From IMG/VR virus record IMGVR_UViG_3300022696_000117, positions 18,156 to 82,155 of that record: a DNA stretch of 64,000 nt; one strand, given 5' to 3'. Both the position numbers and the translations under genes were made by a program. Below the pieces are notes generated by a model. It was not told the origin of the DNA. It saw only the letters and a program-made list of their open reading frames with translations, and made no database searches. The stretch is from a virus. Of this stretch, positions 46,938 to 56,348 are shown piece after piece. Numbering within the stretch: position 1 is the stretch's first letter; each line of letters starts with the position of its first letter.

Positions 46938-49631
46938 CTATAGTCCAAGAAGATCTTGGAGTTTTGCCCTATCCTGCCCAGGAATGAGGGCGGTTCCCTT
47001 GATTCGATACCTGCCGGTATCTACTTCGAAATATACGGTTGCGCCAGAAACGATCCGCCATGTGATTTCTCCTGTCACAGTATCCAGATCTGGCGAAATT
47101 TTGTCTCCGGCAAAAAACTGCCCCCCGCTTTCGTGAGGCAGGTTGATTATTTTCGCATAGGCTGAAACCGTTGTCGGAATCGTGTCCGGGTTTTCCACCC
47201 GGAGAACTTCGTAGATTTCACAGATGTCCGAGGGTAGGGGGTCATCCGTAGCCGGAGTTGTCCCATAGAATGTAAAGGTTTCTCCGTCTGAGGCTACGGT
47301 GAAGGCTTCCTGAACAAAAGACACCGGCGTTTTCCGCATGTAGAGATCGTATTCCCCGGGGTCCAGAGTGATTGCAGCGCTTCCATCTAGAGCTGTTCTG
47401 CCCCAGGTAACCAACACACCGCCTTGCCTAATGGCGAAGTCGACCTCACCTATCGATGTCGTGGTTCCTGTCTCATAGACCTGGAGTGTGACTCCATAAA
47501 GCCCGCTGGTGTCAGAGCTAACTGGCGCCTGTTCAAGAGCGTTCTGGGTGAACCTGTATGTCGCACCATCAAGCTCGATCATTCCCCCGAATCTGTCGGT
47601 CTGGACCTTCACCAGATCAAGGGTGGATTCCTGTGCGACTCCGGACAAATCGGCCTGCAGATCGGATGGTCCAGCCACGGACGTCCCCCCAACTGAAATC
47701 ACGTTCACATCTGTACCGCCGCCTCCGGCCGGAGCCTGCTCAAGGGCGTTCGCAGTAAACCTGAAAACAGCTCCATCTGCCTCAATCGCCGTGTCTATCT
47801 TATCGGTAACCGATTCGATGCCTGACACATCTACCGGCACGTAACTGGATGCCGCAAGTCGTGACGAAACAGTTGCATCGAGGTTTGACACATCTGCCTT
47901 GAAGTCATCGGCTACAGCCTGGAGGGCCACCACGACATCTGAAGCAGAGTGCGTTGAAAACCCGGTCGCCGTAATCCATGCCGCATCTCCGTGTCCCTGC
48001 AAGGCCGTTATCTCTGCGCCTGTTGCAAGGCCGGATGTGTCGGCTTTGAAGTCGTCAGGTCCGGCTACCGCTACGTCATTGACAGAGACGACATTCACGT
48101 TGGTTGATCCGCCGCCGGCAGGCGCCTGTTCCAGGGCGTTTGCAGTGAGTCGATAGACTGCGCCATCTAGCTCAAGGGCGGTATCAATCTTTACTGTTAC
48201 ATCTGAAATGGCTGAAACATCTGCTTTGAAATCGTCTGCCGCTGCCTGCATTGCGACAACAACATCTGAAGCAGCGTGGGTGCTGAATCCGGTGGCTGTA
48301 GCCCATTCCGCATCTCCATGCCCCTGAAGGGCAGTCAGCTCTACCGACGTTGCAAGGCCGCTGACATCAGCCTTGCTGGCCTCCCGTGATGCTGAGTCGG
48401 TCACAACGGTATCGGATGCCGGATCAAAAGTGGACAGTCCGGAGAGATCGGATGCTCCCGCCGGATCCGCGGGCAGATTGTCGGTCTTGAGCTTGATCGC
48501 GTCGACAATGCCGTCCACGACCGCCACCGCCGCAGACGTCGCCCCGTCCTGGAGAAGCTTACCTGGTGTACCGGCTGCGTCGTGGTTCCCAGACAGAACC
48601 CGGTCTAAAATAGCATCCCGACATGCAGCGGCGATGGCTTGGACGGAGAGGTCCCCGGTCGTCATGTCGTCTGCGATCAGATCGGCGATCGCCTGCATGA
48701 CAGCGGTTCCATCCAACTCATCAATGATCGCAGCCTCAATCGCTGCCGCCAGACTGGACCGTTCTCCTGCCGTCAAGGTCATAGCATCGCCAGGAGCGGC
48801 AAAGCCAGTCGCCGTTGCCCATGTCGTGTCTCCATGGCTTTGGAGAGCCGTTATCTCGGAGGACAGAGCGAGTCCGGACACGTCTGCTTTGCTGGCATTT
48901 CTGGATGCGGCGTCAGTCGTTACCGTAAAACCGAACTCCGATAGGGTCCTTGTGGTGGCCGTCCAGACCGCAGTAGCGATGTCGGATACCAGCGTCCCGT
49001 AACCGGTCAGGGTCCGCGTTCCCGCAGACCAGACATCCGAAGCAGAATGGGTTGAAAACCCGGTTGCGGTCGCCCAGGTCGTGTCTCCGTGGGATTGCAG
49101 ATTTGTAATGTCTGTCGGAGTCGCCGGAGCTGTAGACAGGGAGTACCCGGTTTTATCGTTATTGGTGCCGACGATTACTTGGTCAGTCGCAGGGTCAAAG
49201 GTGCTGAATCCGGTGGCTTTAAAGTCTCCGGCCACCGCCTGCATTGCAGACACGACGGCTGCTGCGTCATGGGTGCTGAATCCGGTGGCCTTGAAATCCG
49301 AGGCGTTGCAAGCAAAATATAACTCCACCTTGGCCGCGGCGGTCCCGTCAACGCTCATTTCCCAATAGGCGATGTAACACTTACCAGCAGTCAGCGCTGA
49401 CTTAGGCACCAGTACGCCCCATAGCCCCGTCTCCGAGTTATACTGCGCCGGATCAAAAGGAGATCCGGTTATGGTGGTAGCATCAAATGTCGCATCCGCC
49501 CCTCCCTCCTCGTAGATGATAAGGCTGTCCACAGAAGGGTTGGTAGCAGCTCCACTGGATGCCTGACACTGCACCAGGAAAGGGATGTAGGCCGGAAGCA
49601 GGTCGAGCTGTAATGTCTGGATTTCAGCCAT
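46938..49631 (-). CDS. 897-aa repeat-rich virion fibre/collar-like protein
   Basis: Repeated ATGFSTH/F, KADVSGLA, LQxHGDxxW and ELDGAVYRxTANALEQAP blocks. Confidence 0.65.
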   Translation of the reverse strand: MAEIQTLQLDLLPAYIPFLVQCQASSGAATNPSVDSLIIYEEGGADATFDATTITGSPFDPAQYNSETGLWGVLVPKSALTAGKCYIAYWEMSVDGTAAAKVELYFACNASDFKATGFSTHDAAAVVSAMQAVAGDFKATGFSTFDPATDQVIVGTNNDKTGYSLSTAPATPTDITNLQSHGDTTWATATGFSTHSASDVWSAGTRTLTGYGTLVSDIATAVWTATTRTLSEFGFTVTTDAASRNASKADVSGLALSSEITALQSHGDTTWATATGFAAPGDAMTLTAGERSSLAAAIEAAIIDELDGTAVMQAIADLIADDMTTGDLSVQAIAAACRDAILDRVLSGNHDAAGTPGKLLQDGATSAAVAVVDGIVDAIKLKTDNLPADPAGASDLSGLSTFDPASDTVVTDSASREASKADVSGLATSVELTALQGHGDAEWATATGFSTHAASDVVVAMQAAADDFKADVSAISDVTVKIDTALELDGAVYRLTANALEQAPAGGGSTNVNVVSVNDVAVAGPDDFKADTSGLATGAEITALQGHGDAAWITATGFSTHSASDVVVALQAVADDFKADVSNLDATVSSRLAASSYVPVDVSGIESVTDKIDTAIEADGAVFRFTANALEQAPAGGGGTDVNVISVGGTSVAGPSDLQADLSGVAQESTLDLVKVQTDRFGGMIELDGATYRFTQNALEQAPVSSDTSGLYGVTLQVYETGTTTSIGEVDFAIRQGGVLVTWGRTALDGSAAITLDPGEYDLYMRKTPVSFVQEAFTVASDGETFTFYGTTPATDDPLPSDICEIYEVLRVENPDTIPTTVSAYAKIINLPHESGGQFFAGDKISPDLDTVTGEITWRIVSGATVYFEVDTGRYRIKGTALIPGQDRAKLQDLLGL

Positions 49632-49640
49632 TGGAACCCC

Positions 49641-49940
49641 TTACTGAGAAAATACTGCGTCGATCAGATCGCGGAGCTTGGCGGTGTAATCATACCCAGT
49701 CTCGCCCCACTGGATGTCATGAAATGCCAGGAATGCGGCAATACGATCTGAAAGTTCATTGCCGTTGGCCGATGTGACACCGAACATGGTGTCAAATTCT
49801 GTAACGCTGACAGCGATGGCCTGGGCACGCTGGCCGTCAATCTGTTTCAGAATACCAATGCCCTCACGGATTTTTTCCAAAGCGTTCAGAACCTTTGCTC
49901 CATTGGTATTAGCTCGGTCGATTTTGACGAGATTTGCCAT
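49641..49940 (-). CDS. Hypothetical protein
   Basis: AAGGAGG SD; operon packing. Confidence 0.6.
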   Translation of the reverse strand: MANLVKIDRANTNGAKVLNALEKIREGIGILKQIDGQRAQAIAVSVTEFDTMFGVTSANGNELSDRIAAFLAFHDIQWGETGYDYTAKLRDLIDAVFSQ

Positions 49941-49951
49941 TTGCTTCCTCC

Positions 49952-50452
49952 TTATTGTATCAGCCCGCCGTCGATCAGCGAGGAGTTGAATCCGTCGATT
50001 AGGCGGGGGTTGCCGGTAGCCCTGGAATTGATTGAAAACGTTTGCATGTCCAGCGTCTCTGCAGGAGCGATGGTCTCTAAAACCGTCCAGCTCGATCCGT
50101 TAGAGCCGTACTCAATGGTAATTTCCTGCGGCAGATTGACATAGCTCGCGCCGTCCAACTCTTTGATCGCCAGGTCTACGATCTCCATCGAAGAGCCAAG
50201 ATCGACATAAATCCAGTGCTTTATTATCTCGGCCCCGGTAGACCATCGTGTGGAGTTGTTCCCGTCTACCGCGTTGCCGGCTACATTGCCGGCGGACTCC
50301 TCGCTAGCTACGGCGGTCTGGCCCTGTGCGTGATCCGTGCCCCCCGGTGACGTTCGGAGGATCAGCCGTGTGAGCTGAAAGGCCCCCTCCCAGTTGGGAT
50401 TAAAGCTGTCCGCCGTCGCCCGCAACCGCCAATACCTCGCACTCACCGCCAT
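49952..50452 (-). CDS. Discoidin/F5-8 type C (CBM32-like) domain protein
   Basis: ASEE...AGNAVDGNNSTRWS...WIYVDLG; ARYWRL at the N-terminus. Confidence 0.8.
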   Translation of the reverse strand: MAVSARYWRLRATADSFNPNWEGAFQLTRLILRTSPGGTDHAQGQTAVASEESAGNVAGNAVDGNNSTRWSTGAEIIKHWIYVDLGSSMEIVDLAIKELDGASYVNLPQEITIEYGSNGSSWTVLETIAPAETLDMQTFSINSRATGNPRLIDGFNSSLIDGGLIQ

Positions 50453-50473
50453 ATCAGCACCCCACCCGATCCG

Positions 50474-50953
50474 TCATCGCCACTCCCTCGAAATGGCGTT
50501 CAAGGCTTCTTTCCCCCGCTGCTTCCACCCGGTCCTGGCATACTGCTTTGCAACCGGTCCGAACAAAGGCCGGCCTCGATCAGTCTCATTCCGATAGGCA
50601 TACTCCGAAATATTCTCACCCATTGAGCTGGTGGCTCCGGGGAGAAGCCCTGAAACCCAATTGCCGGCTGCCTTGAACACCCGAAGGTTTGCGATCAAAT
50701 CCCCACGCAACTCCCAGAAGCGAAGGTGACCGGCCGTTTCCAGCTTCCACTTCGCATAGCCCTGGTTGTACGGGGGGTAGTAGGCCCGGCTCGGCATGCT
50801 CTGATTTGCGATCGCGTCCATCAGGGCATTGCGGTAGTCCACCGCACCGATGTAGGCCAGGTTGGCCTGGGCGGATTTGACGGCCAGCATGGTGCGCTGA
50901 ATGGCCGATCTGACCCGCTTCATGTCGGTATCCTTAAAGCTTATTTTGATCAT
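50474..50953 (-). CDS. Neck/tail-completion protein
   Basis: Basic; YAYRNE...RPLFGP motif. Confidence 0.6.
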   Translation of the reverse strand: MIKISFKDTDMKRVRSAIQRTMLAVKSAQANLAYIGAVDYRNALMDAIANQSMPSRAYYPPYNQGYAKWKLETAGHLRFWELRGDLIANLRVFKAAGNWVSGLLPGATSSMGENISEYAYRNETDRGRPLFGPVAKQYARTGWKQRGKEALNAISREWR

Positions 50954-51170
50954 TTTTTATCCGGCTAGGCCAATAGACCACGCTGATCATCCACAGGATG
51001 TTCTTTTTTACCTGAGCCTTCTCCTTCTCATCAAGCCGATAGGCGGAAATATCTATTGCCTTTTCAACTTCAGACGATAGCCGTCCTGACAAGCTTTCAA
51101 AGATTGCAAAAGATATCTTGACCAGCTCATCCTCATTGCGCTTGGGCATCCAACCTGTCTCTAAGCTCAT
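50934..51170 (-). CDS. Hypothetical protein
   Basis: Short overlap-coupled ORF. Confidence 0.4.
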   Translation of the reverse strand: MSLETGWMPKRNEDELVKISFAIFESLSGRLSSEVEKAIDISAYRLDEKEKAQVKKNILWMISVVYWPSRIKNDQNKL

Positions 51171-51567
51171 TTAAGGCGTTGAGCACCACGTCTAGCTCCT
51201 CTGCCTTTTCATCCTTGCCCAGGCGGCGGCTGTTCCGAATCATATCCTCAATGTTTGACAGCTTGTTTTCCACCACAGCTATTCGCTCCTGGTTAGCTGT
51301 AAGCCTAACGATGGCCCTTTCTGACAAGGTAACAGCTCTTTCAATGGCGCTCATGCGCTCCTCAAGCCCGTCTACCTTTACGAATAGTTTTTCAAGTCTT
51401 TCCGCCATGCCTTTTGATGATGCGGATCGGTAGCCGCTCTTTGCTTTTAAGTGACCATACGCACCTAGCGCGGCTGCAGCTAGCCCGAACACCCAAATCA
51501 AGATCTGAGAAAGGCCTGAGTTCTTGTTCGACCAATCTGCAAACCGCCGAAGGATTTCTTCGATCAC
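51133..51567 (-). CDS. Membrane-anchored coiled-coil protein (holin-like candidate)
   Basis: One TM helix ILIWVFGLAAAALGAYG followed by a heptad coiled coil. Confidence 0.55.
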   Translation of the reverse strand: MIEEILRRFADWSNKNSGLSQILIWVFGLAAAALGAYGHLKAKSGYRSASSKGMAERLEKLFVKVDGLEERMSAIERAVTLSERAIVRLTANQERIAVVENKLSNIEDMIRNSRRLGKDEKAEELDVVLNALNELRDRLDAQAQ

Positions 51568-51570
51568 GGA

Positions 51571-52158
51571 TCATCTCACATCTTTCTCTATCATAGCGGT
51601 TCCTACGCCCTCGTATCTACTGCCGTCCACTGAGCCGATTCGATATGATGCGCCAGAAGCCGTGACGAATCGGTCCATCGCTTTAACGATGTAAGAGGCT
51701 GGGAAATAAATTTCGCCCTTGCGAATCTCCACTGTCCCGAAGCCTTCGAACGATAACGAGAAGTCAGAGGCTCCTCGAAACGCATACGCCGGGTTGGCCA
51801 CATCCGATTCAGTCATTTCCAGCTGGTATGAGGTGTTACGTGCCTGAGACAACCGCTCAATCCTCCCCTGGAAATTACACTGGTAGAGAAGTGACCCATA
51901 TTCGAATGGGGAGTCTTCAAATACGTCCGGGATAAGCAGCACCACCAGATACTTCCCCCCGCCTACGGCCGGGATTTCGATAATATCTCCGGGGACGGCC
52001 TGGGTGGTTGCAGGGAAGAACGCCCTTCGAATAAAAGAAGTCCCGGCGTCCGGCTCCGAATCAATGTACTCTCCGGAGATATCGCCGCCGGCACGAAGGA
52101 TGGTGACGGCCATGCCGATCTCTTCGTAGACTTCTTTTATGTCGTCTCCGAGGCTCAA
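51571..52158 (-). CDS. Head closure/neck protein
   Basis: Position after the adaptor; two beta-barrel-like halves. Confidence 0.55.
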   Translation of the reverse strand: MSLGDDIKEVYEEIGMAVTILRAGGDISGEYIDSEPDAGTSFIRRAFFPATTQAVPGDIIEIPAVGGGKYLVVLLIPDVFEDSPFEYGSLLYQCNFQGRIERLSQARNTSYQLEMTESDVANPAYAFRGASDFSLSFEGFGTVEIRKGEIYFPASYIVKAMDRFVTASGASYRIGSVDGSRYEGVGTAMIEKDVR

Positions 52159-52625
52159 TCATTATCTCCAGGGTTGATCGTGACCAGGTCTGTTCCTGCC
52201 CATTCTTTCCCCAACTCATCGTATCCAAGGCCGGTTCCGATCAGCGTCCCGAATTGATGGGCGGCTGCGTCGGCCATGTCGGCGTTGGAGTCGATGTATT
52301 CTTTCCAGGCCGAGTCCATGCTTTCGATCATCGCTTTCAGGTGAGCAAACCGATGCTGAAGCGCGAACGCCTTAGCTTGGAATTTGCGGGACTGCCCGGT
52401 AGCTAAATAGAAGAGGAGGTGCCTCTTGCACCGCTGCTTGAACCAGTAGATCCGTGACTTGTCCTCCAGCGGAAGATCCCAACCGGTCTCGTTGGTGGCG
52501 TCCTCAATGGACAGATCGGAGTCGGTTAGTTCGTCCGCAGGGGTGGTCTCGTCTCGCCAGTCCATGTAATCCGACCAGTCCCGCATCTCCGCCTGGAGGC
52601 GAAGGGTGAGAGCCGCAGCGTCCAT
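52155..52625 (-). CDS. Head-tail adaptor
   Basis: Helical 156-aa ORF downstream of the capsid gene. Confidence 0.55.
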   Translation of the reverse strand: MDAAALTLRLQAEMRDWSDYMDWRDETTPADELTDSDLSIEDATNETGWDLPLEDKSRIYWFKQRCKRHLLFYLATGQSRKFQAKAFALQHRFAHLKAMIESMDSAWKEYIDSNADMADAAAHQFGTLIGTGLGYDELGKEWAGTDLVTINPGDND

Positions 52626-52882
52626 TACTTCTTGGCCTTGGCCTTATCGTCTTTGGTTTCGATTTCAGCCGGCGGCTCCGGTTCAGGCGGAGGCTCCTCG
52701 GCTTTCGGTTTGACGGGGACGGGGACGTCGACATATTCAGCGGCTCCGCCTTCGAGTTCTGCCTCAGACTTCAGCATCTCGAACTCCTCGGTCCCAGGGG
52801 CGTACCGCTGGCGCCGGAAAACCCTAGACCCAACTTTTACCGGCCGAATGACTTCGATATGTTTCTCGGTCTTTTGTGCCAT
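52625..52882 (-). CDS. Small post-capsid protein
   Basis: Pro/Glu/Lys-rich tail; typical position. Confidence 0.55.
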   Translation of the reverse strand: MAQKTEKHIEVIRPVKVGSRVFRRQRYAPGTEEFEMLKSEAELEGGAAEYVDVPVPVKPKAEEPPPEPEPPAEIETKDDKAKAKK

Positions 52883-52905
52883 GACTTGTATCCTTTTCCA
52901 GTTCA

Positions 52906-52929
52906 GGCCCCGCTTGGGAAGCCGGGGCC
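52906..52929 (-). terminator. Hairpin after the capsid gene, overlapping operator-like GGCCCCGCTTGGGAAG
   Basis: GGCCCCG...CGGGGCC stem; U-tract is weak. Confidence 0.45.
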
Positions 52930-52938
52930 CAAAAATTA

Positions 52939-54174
52939 TCAGATGACCTTCATCGAGATAACGCAGTCGGTGTTGTAAAGCACCGGCAGGCCCTTGTTCT
53001 GGACCCTGACCATCGTTCCGTCAGGGTCCCACTCGTCCTTCGAATCCACGAACATGCCGTAGGTGCGATTCAGGCCGAAGGGGGCGTTCAGGAACTCGGC
53101 GGTGGTGCTGCCCTCGACCTCTTTGGCCAAGAGCACGAACCGGTCAGGGGGGATGAACTTCCGGGTGGTATAGACGAAGTCTTCCCGGGCGCGGAAACTG
53201 ATTGACGGGGCTGCGGCCACCGTAATGGTCCCGGCGTCTACATTCACCGCGGAGATGGTCTCTTCTTCCCAGGTGCTGGAGGACACATCCACGAACCGCA
53301 GGGTGTCGCCGACCTCGAAGTCTGATGCTTCATCGACGTAGATTGTGGTGGTGGAATCGCCTACGACATTGGCAGTCAGCCATGCGCGGATCTGGTACTG
53401 CTCGTCGTAGAGCACCATGTTGGGGATGTCGAGCAGGCTTCCGAGAACCTGGACCGGTCGGGCGAACAGATCGCCTTCGCCGTAAGCCGACTTTTGCAGA
53501 AGAGTCTGAATGGTTTCGGCCATGATCATCTCTTTGAGCACTTCAGATGTGAAGTAGGCGTTCGTCGGAATCCCGCCGTTGGAGTTCTGGAGCATGATCT
53601 TGATGTCCATGATGTCTTCCAGAATGTTCACGGTGGAATCGTCCCCGGTGTAGTTCCACTTCCGGGTGCTGCCCAGCTCGAAGATGAAGTCGTCAGGAAT
53701 GCCGTAATCCACATCGATTCGAATCCCGCCCTGCTGGAGATAACTGAAAGATCCGGTGGTCAGCATCTTGCAGATCATCCATTCCTTTCGGCGGTCACAG
53801 CGGTTCTTGAGGGTTTGCGTCTCTCTTGCGATCCGCTTTTGGGCGGTTTCGATCTGGTCGTAGGTGCCGGGCTGGCGAAGATTGTTGAGGAATTCCTCAT
53901 CAAAATAAATCTTCTCCTTCCAGTATGCAGCCTTCGCGGTGTGCTTGGCCACCCCGGTGGGCGCCAGCATTTGGGCTTTGGACCCGGGAGCCGCAAACGG
54001 GGTCATGCCCCGGTTCCCGATCTGGCTTTCCCATTCGATGGTGTCCGAAGGGGCGTTGTCCTCTCCGAACATATTGAGAAAGAGCAGGTTCGGTGCCGTC
54101 ATGAACCGCTCGATGAGTTTTTGCAGTCTTTCCGGCCTCAGGTCCGGAAGGTCGGCAGGTCTGTACTGTGGCAT
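52939..54174 (-). CDS. Major capsid protein (lambda gpE-like HK97 fold) with an inserted domain
   Basis: MTPFAAPGS, RCDRRKEWMICKMLTTG, IDVDYG, W...NILEDI, DPDG.MVRVQNKGLPVL. Confidence 0.9.
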   Translation of the reverse strand: MPQYRPADLPDLRPERLQKLIERFMTAPNLLFLNMFGEDNAPSDTIEWESQIGNRGMTPFAAPGSKAQMLAPTGVAKHTAKAAYWKEKIYFDEEFLNNLRQPGTYDQIETAQKRIARETQTLKNRCDRRKEWMICKMLTTGSFSYLQQGGIRIDVDYGIPDDFIFELGSTRKWNYTGDDSTVNILEDIMDIKIMLQNSNGGIPTNAYFTSEVLKEMIMAETIQTLLQKSAYGEGDLFARPVQVLGSLLDIPNMVLYDEQYQIRAWLTANVVGDSTTTIYVDEASDFEVGDTLRFVDVSSSTWEEETISAVNVDAGTITVAAAPSISFRAREDFVYTTRKFIPPDRFVLLAKEVEGSTTAEFLNAPFGLNRTYGMFVDSKDEWDPDGTMVRVQNKGLPVLYNTDCVISMKVI

Positions 54175-54186
54175 TTTTATACCTCC

Positions 54187-54894
54187 TTACTTCAGGATGA
54201 CGTACTGGCCGTACTCGCTGTTCCCGAGATCTGTCTTGGCCTCTGAGTCGTACAGGTTGAGCGAGCCCTTGTAGAGCATCGCATTGGATAAAACGATGAC
54301 GCCCATACCCCCCTGGGCCTTTTCACCGGTTCCGGTCTCCACCCCACCGATCAGGATGCCGGCGGCCTTGGTGAAGGGAGCGGTGGCATTGGTCTGAATC
54401 CAGACCCGGGCGCCCCTGGCTACTGTGTAGCCGGTGGAGACATCGTTGGTGACGGTGATTACCGCTTTGTGCGGGTAGGTAGACCGATCAATGTCGGTAA
54501 TGGCGCCAAGGTCTTTTGCCGCAGCAGCGATCGATGCGTAATTGGTGTTGTCAGCGATCGCCAGGTGGTCACCGACCAAGAACTTGTAGCTGTCTTCCAT
54601 GGTGACATAGACCAGCTTGTCCGCAGCTCCGTCGAGCAAAAGGGACGCAGCTCCTATCGCTGAATCGTCGCCGGCTACCGGCCGTTCCTTGGTGTACGGA
54701 GCGAACATGCCCTGTCTCGGTGAAGTAGCTTCGGTGATCTGCCCAAGGATGGTCCCCATTGGCACGATGCCGTAGCCGGGCGGGAGGGAGATCTGCATGG
54801 TGAGAGCGTTTTCAGGCTCGGAATAAAAGAGCCTACGAAGGTCGTGCTGTACCCCGCGGAGAATATGCGGAGTGTCTCCGAATACATTCGCCAT
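54187..54894 (-). CDS. Head decoration protein with an inserted domain
   Basis: GIVPMGTILGQIT...FAPY...AAGILI; position between protease and MCP. Confidence 0.7.
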   Translation of the reverse strand: MANVFGDTPHILRGVQHDLRRLFYSEPENALTMQISLPPGYGIVPMGTILGQITEATSPRQGMFAPYTKERPVAGDDSAIGAASLLLDGAADKLVYVTMEDSYKFLVGDHLAIADNTNYASIAAAAKDLGAITDIDRSTYPHKAVITVTNDVSTGYTVARGARVWIQTNATAPFTKAAGILIGGVETGTGEKAQGGMGVIVLSNAMLYKGSLNLYDSEAKTDLGNSEYGQYVILK

Positions 54895-56348
54895 TACTTA
54901 CCTCCCTTCACGGCCATCTTGTAAACTTTGTCGACCCAGGCTTCGTCTTCCTGCTCCTGTTTTTCGGCAAGCTGACTGGCTTCTGGAACCTGGGAACGGA
55001 TTGTTACTCCGCCGCCGATGACCTGGAATCCGCCGGCGTCCTCGAAGTCTTCGATTTCGCTGTCGACCGCCTCGGAAAACTTAGCTTCGTCAAGGACGCC
55101 GTCTTTCATGAATTGGCCATGGGGGACCATGGACCGAACCTTATCCGCGAACTTCGCCGGCAGGGAACTTGCCTCCAGCTTGGTCTTGAGGATGGTTTCA
55201 GCGAGCTTTTTTGCCGACTGAGCGTCCCGAATGGCCAACGACTTCTCGGATTGCGCCAACCGCTTATTGGACTGGCTCAATTGATTCTTCAGCTCGTCGA
55301 TCTGACGCTGAAATTTCTGGGACATCTGTGCGCCCTCTCCTTCGGGTTTCTTGGGAGGCGTCACCTCGGATTTCAGCTCCGGGTATTCCTTCAGGATTTC
55401 GTCCAGCAGGGCCCGGGCTTCATCGAGGGTACGTTTTTTCTCCTCGGGTTTGTCTTCGGCGGGGGGCGCTTCACCCTCGCCTTCGGCCATGTCGCCGGTA
55501 GGGGCCTGGGATCCTTCGAGTTCAGCCTTGACTTCGGCCACGACTTCCTCCTTGACCTCGGCTTTTACCTCCTCAACGATCTCCGGTTTGATCTCCTCTT
55601 TGACAGCCGCAACCACGGCCGGGTCGCTTACCGCTTCCTGGAATGTCATGGTGCGGTTGGGATCCCTGGCCTTGCTGCCGGCCTTCTTGTTGAACAGATT
55701 TGGCATCTTTGCCTCCTCCTGGTTAAAATGTTCTTCATCGGAGCCACTCATTGAATCGTAGCCCCTTTTCCTGACTGGCGAAGGCCCAACCTCCACCTCA
55801 ATAACATCATCGGAAAACGCCGCGGCCCGGGTGTTCTTGTCCCACCCGAAGACACATGCGCTGGTTTCTTGGTATTCGCACTGACGCCATATGTGCCCTG
55901 GCCCTGCAAAAACATATCCGTTGACCTCGGCCTCTTCTCCGGCTTCGAGGTATTCGATCTGGGTGGGGATGGCGTAAATGCTGGCCTGATAGGGGAACCC
56001 GGCCCTTGAATTCTTGACAAAGGTGTTGGCCTCCTGGTTGTCCAGAAGCACTACATCATCCGGGTCGATGCGAAGCCCGTTCTCGTCTATGATCGGTGGC
56101 CCGGAGTGACCGATCTTCAGGTCCTGGAAGTGGTCTTCGAGGATCGGATACCGGTCACGAGACGCTGTGATCCCGGCCAGGTCGATGGCCAGGTCGCCCC
56201 AATACCAATGGTCTTTGATGACCGAACCGGAATAGCCCACCATGTCCAGCTTGGCCGGTGCGTCCGGCTTGCCGGTATCGAGGAACTTGACGTAGGCGTT
56301 GCGGTCGATGAAGGCAAGGGCCGACTTCGGAACTTTTTTCTCAGGCAT
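54894..56348 (-). CDS. Prohead protease-scaffold fusion
   Basis: GYSG...PILEDH...IGH...GFPYQASI...ETSACVFGWD.NT; C-terminal charged coiled coil. Confidence 0.8.
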   Translation of the reverse strand: MPEKKVPKSALAFIDRNAYVKFLDTGKPDAPAKLDMVGYSGSVIKDHWYWGDLAIDLAGITASRDRYPILEDHFQDLKIGHSGPPIIDENGLRIDPDDVVLLDNQEANTFVKNSRAGFPYQASIYAIPTQIEYLEAGEEAEVNGYVFAGPGHIWRQCEYQETSACVFGWDKNTRAAAFSDDVIEVEVGPSPVRKRGYDSMSGSDEEHFNQEEAKMPNLFNKKAGSKARDPNRTMTFQEAVSDPAVVAAVKEEIKPEIVEEVKAEVKEEVVAEVKAELEGSQAPTGDMAEGEGEAPPAEDKPEEKKRTLDEARALLDEILKEYPELKSEVTPPKKPEGEGAQMSQKFQRQIDELKNQLSQSNKRLAQSEKSLAIRDAQSAKKLAETILKTKLEASSLPAKFADKVRSMVPHGQFMKDGVLDEAKFSEAVDSEIEDFEDAGGFQVIGGGVTIRSQVPEASQLAEKQEQEDEAWVDKVYKMAVKGGK

